64,000 nucleotides of DNA from Raillietiella orientalis. Its lineage: Eukaryota. This document shows positions 62,700 to 64,000 of this stretch, one piece after another; the stretch's first letter is position 1, and the number at the start of each line of letters is the position of its first letter. Where the stretch lies: NCBI GenBank assembly GCA_036172245.1, contig JAYWIR010000035.1, positions 496,001 through 560,000 of the forward strand. Reading direction: 5' to 3'. Position numbers and translations under genes: made by a program. A model generated the notes under the pieces. It saw only the letters and a program-made list of their open reading frames with translations. It searched no databases and was not told the origin of the DNA.

Positions 62700-63560
62700 C
62701 TTTCAGGGAACTCTGGTGTCCTCCCGCAAGGTGCGCGAGCCAGCATAGCATCCCAGAATCCCACGAGTTGCTCGGGTCAACGGGTTCGAGGTGCTGAGGA
62801 GGGGCGGAAGCAGCATGCCAGGGAAGAAGAGTTCGCTATTCAGTCGTCGTGGCCAAGGGCACACAGAAGAGCGGCTGCTTCCGCGTCCGACGCGACGCCG
62901 ACACGATTTCCGGACGCGAGACCGCCAGAGGGAAGGGGTGGGAGCCACAACGTTCCCGGGAAGGCGAACACTGCTGGAACATTGCCGAGAAAGGGTGGGT
63001 TTGGTAGCCTGTTCCGTTCCAAGAGCCCGAGCGCGCGCGCAGCAACCTGCCGCCGCGAAGGGATGGTTCCCTCCTGCCCACCCCCCTGTGCGTGGTGCGC
63101 ACGCGCGCGAGAGAGAGAGGGAGGGACGTGTTAGGAGTGGGGAAGCGACTGCGGTGACACCTCCAAGTCTCCGTTGCTCTCCCTTGTGCCCTCCTTCTCC
63201 CCCTCCGTTCCTCCGTCGCTCCCCTTCCATGCCGCCTGCTCCGCACGGCGCGAGCGAGGTGGTCCTTCCTGCTGCTGCTGCTGCACCCCCGAAAGCGGCT
63301 CCGGAAAGCGCAGTTGCTGCGCCTCATCTCAGAAGGAGATGCAGGTGTTTGCCAGGTGATCCCTCCGAGCCCGCGCCAAGAGAACGCGCCCCATACAAAG
63401 GCGCGAGTTGTTTTCTGTTTTTGTTTTTTCTCTCTCCCCCTTCCTCCCCTCTCTCCTCTCTTCTCATCTTTGATGGATACCCTTTGGTCGGATCCGCTCG
63501 AAAAGTGTCCCGGTAATTACCGAGCATTCCCCTTTCCCAAAGGACCCGTGGTCCCTTTAG
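62700..63560 (-). pseudogene. BTB-BACK remnant
   Basis: KQLAPLYGA...HLHLLL (BTB), TLSRQC...SLWRS and LNSELFFPGM (BACK). Confidence 0.4.
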
Positions 63561-63599
63561 AAGTTTTTTTTTTATAATTTTCGATCGCCGCGGCTCTGC

Positions 63600-64000
63600 A
63601 GTTGGGGCGTCGGCGCGCAGGCCCGCCGGCGCGCATACAAATTGCGCCTCCGCTACCGCGCGCGCCGTAATCCCATTTTCCGCCTGATATCTTGCGCAGC
63701 ATCACGGCTCGCAAGTGCGAATGAAAGAACCTGCTGTCCCTCTTTTGTGCTTCCTCATTACGGGGTCCTCTCGGAGCGCTGCTGCCCCGTCCTCCCCTGG
63801 ACCTCCTGCGCGCTCGTGGCCCCAGATGTCACCCTGTTCCTTTCGCAGGCAGTTGCGCGGGACGGACTGATGCTGCTCCGCCGGATGCTGGGATCTCGTT
63901 GCTCCCCGGACGGATCGGAGAAGGGAAGGAGAGACCGGAGGAGACCTGCTGCAGCTCTCTGGGACTGCTGAGACTCTCTCGCTTCCCCCCCTCCCCCATC
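63600..64000 (+). pseudogene. BTB remnant running off the right edge
   Basis: ARRNPIFRLI...ANE...FVLPH...LSQAVARDGLMLLRR (ORF 63642). Confidence 0.5.

Noticed and set aside
1..64000. Frameshifts as long-read sequencing errors, or as sites repaired by RNA editing
   Set aside because: Conserved residues are also heavily substituted, a 499-bp duplicate reads identically, and a 213-codon GC3-biased frame is clean. Genuine decay is more parsimonious. It cannot be fully excluded without reads or cDNA.
1..64000. Transposons, endogenous giant virus, CRISPR arrays, tRNA or rRNA genes
   Set aside because: I recognised no transposase, reverse transcriptase, integrase, capsid or other viral core motifs, no terminal repeats, no regularly spaced repeat-spacer array and no structured RNA gene.

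Overview
The window looks eukaryotic (microsatellites, poly-A/T tracts, no operons, RNA genes or intact long genes), but the organism cannot be determined from it. The ORF track looks like noise. Reading across frames, however, nearly the whole 64 kb resolves into about 40 closely packed, apparently intronless, heavily decayed copies of Cullin-3 adaptor-type genes. They are built from BTB/POZ, BACK and MATH/TRAF-like domains, run about 1.1-1.8 kb per unit, and lie on both strands in alternating blocks. Many copies read BTB-BACK-MATH, resembling plant LRB/POB1. At least one reads MATH-BTB with a SPOP/BPM-type linker. No copy is intact. Other features: a 499-bp apparently identical tract shared by two otherwise diverged paralogs (16282-16780 = 20534-21032), diverged sister copies including an inverted pair about 32 kb apart, one GC3-biased open stretch that may still be live (10563-9922, minus), sharp GC domains without obvious CpG loss, and microsatellites inside dead coding sequence. 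All domain calls are by-eye motif recognition against remembered family consensus, with no HMM run. Unit boundaries are approximate (+/-100-200 bp). Individual calls can be wrong even though the overall pattern is repeated many times.
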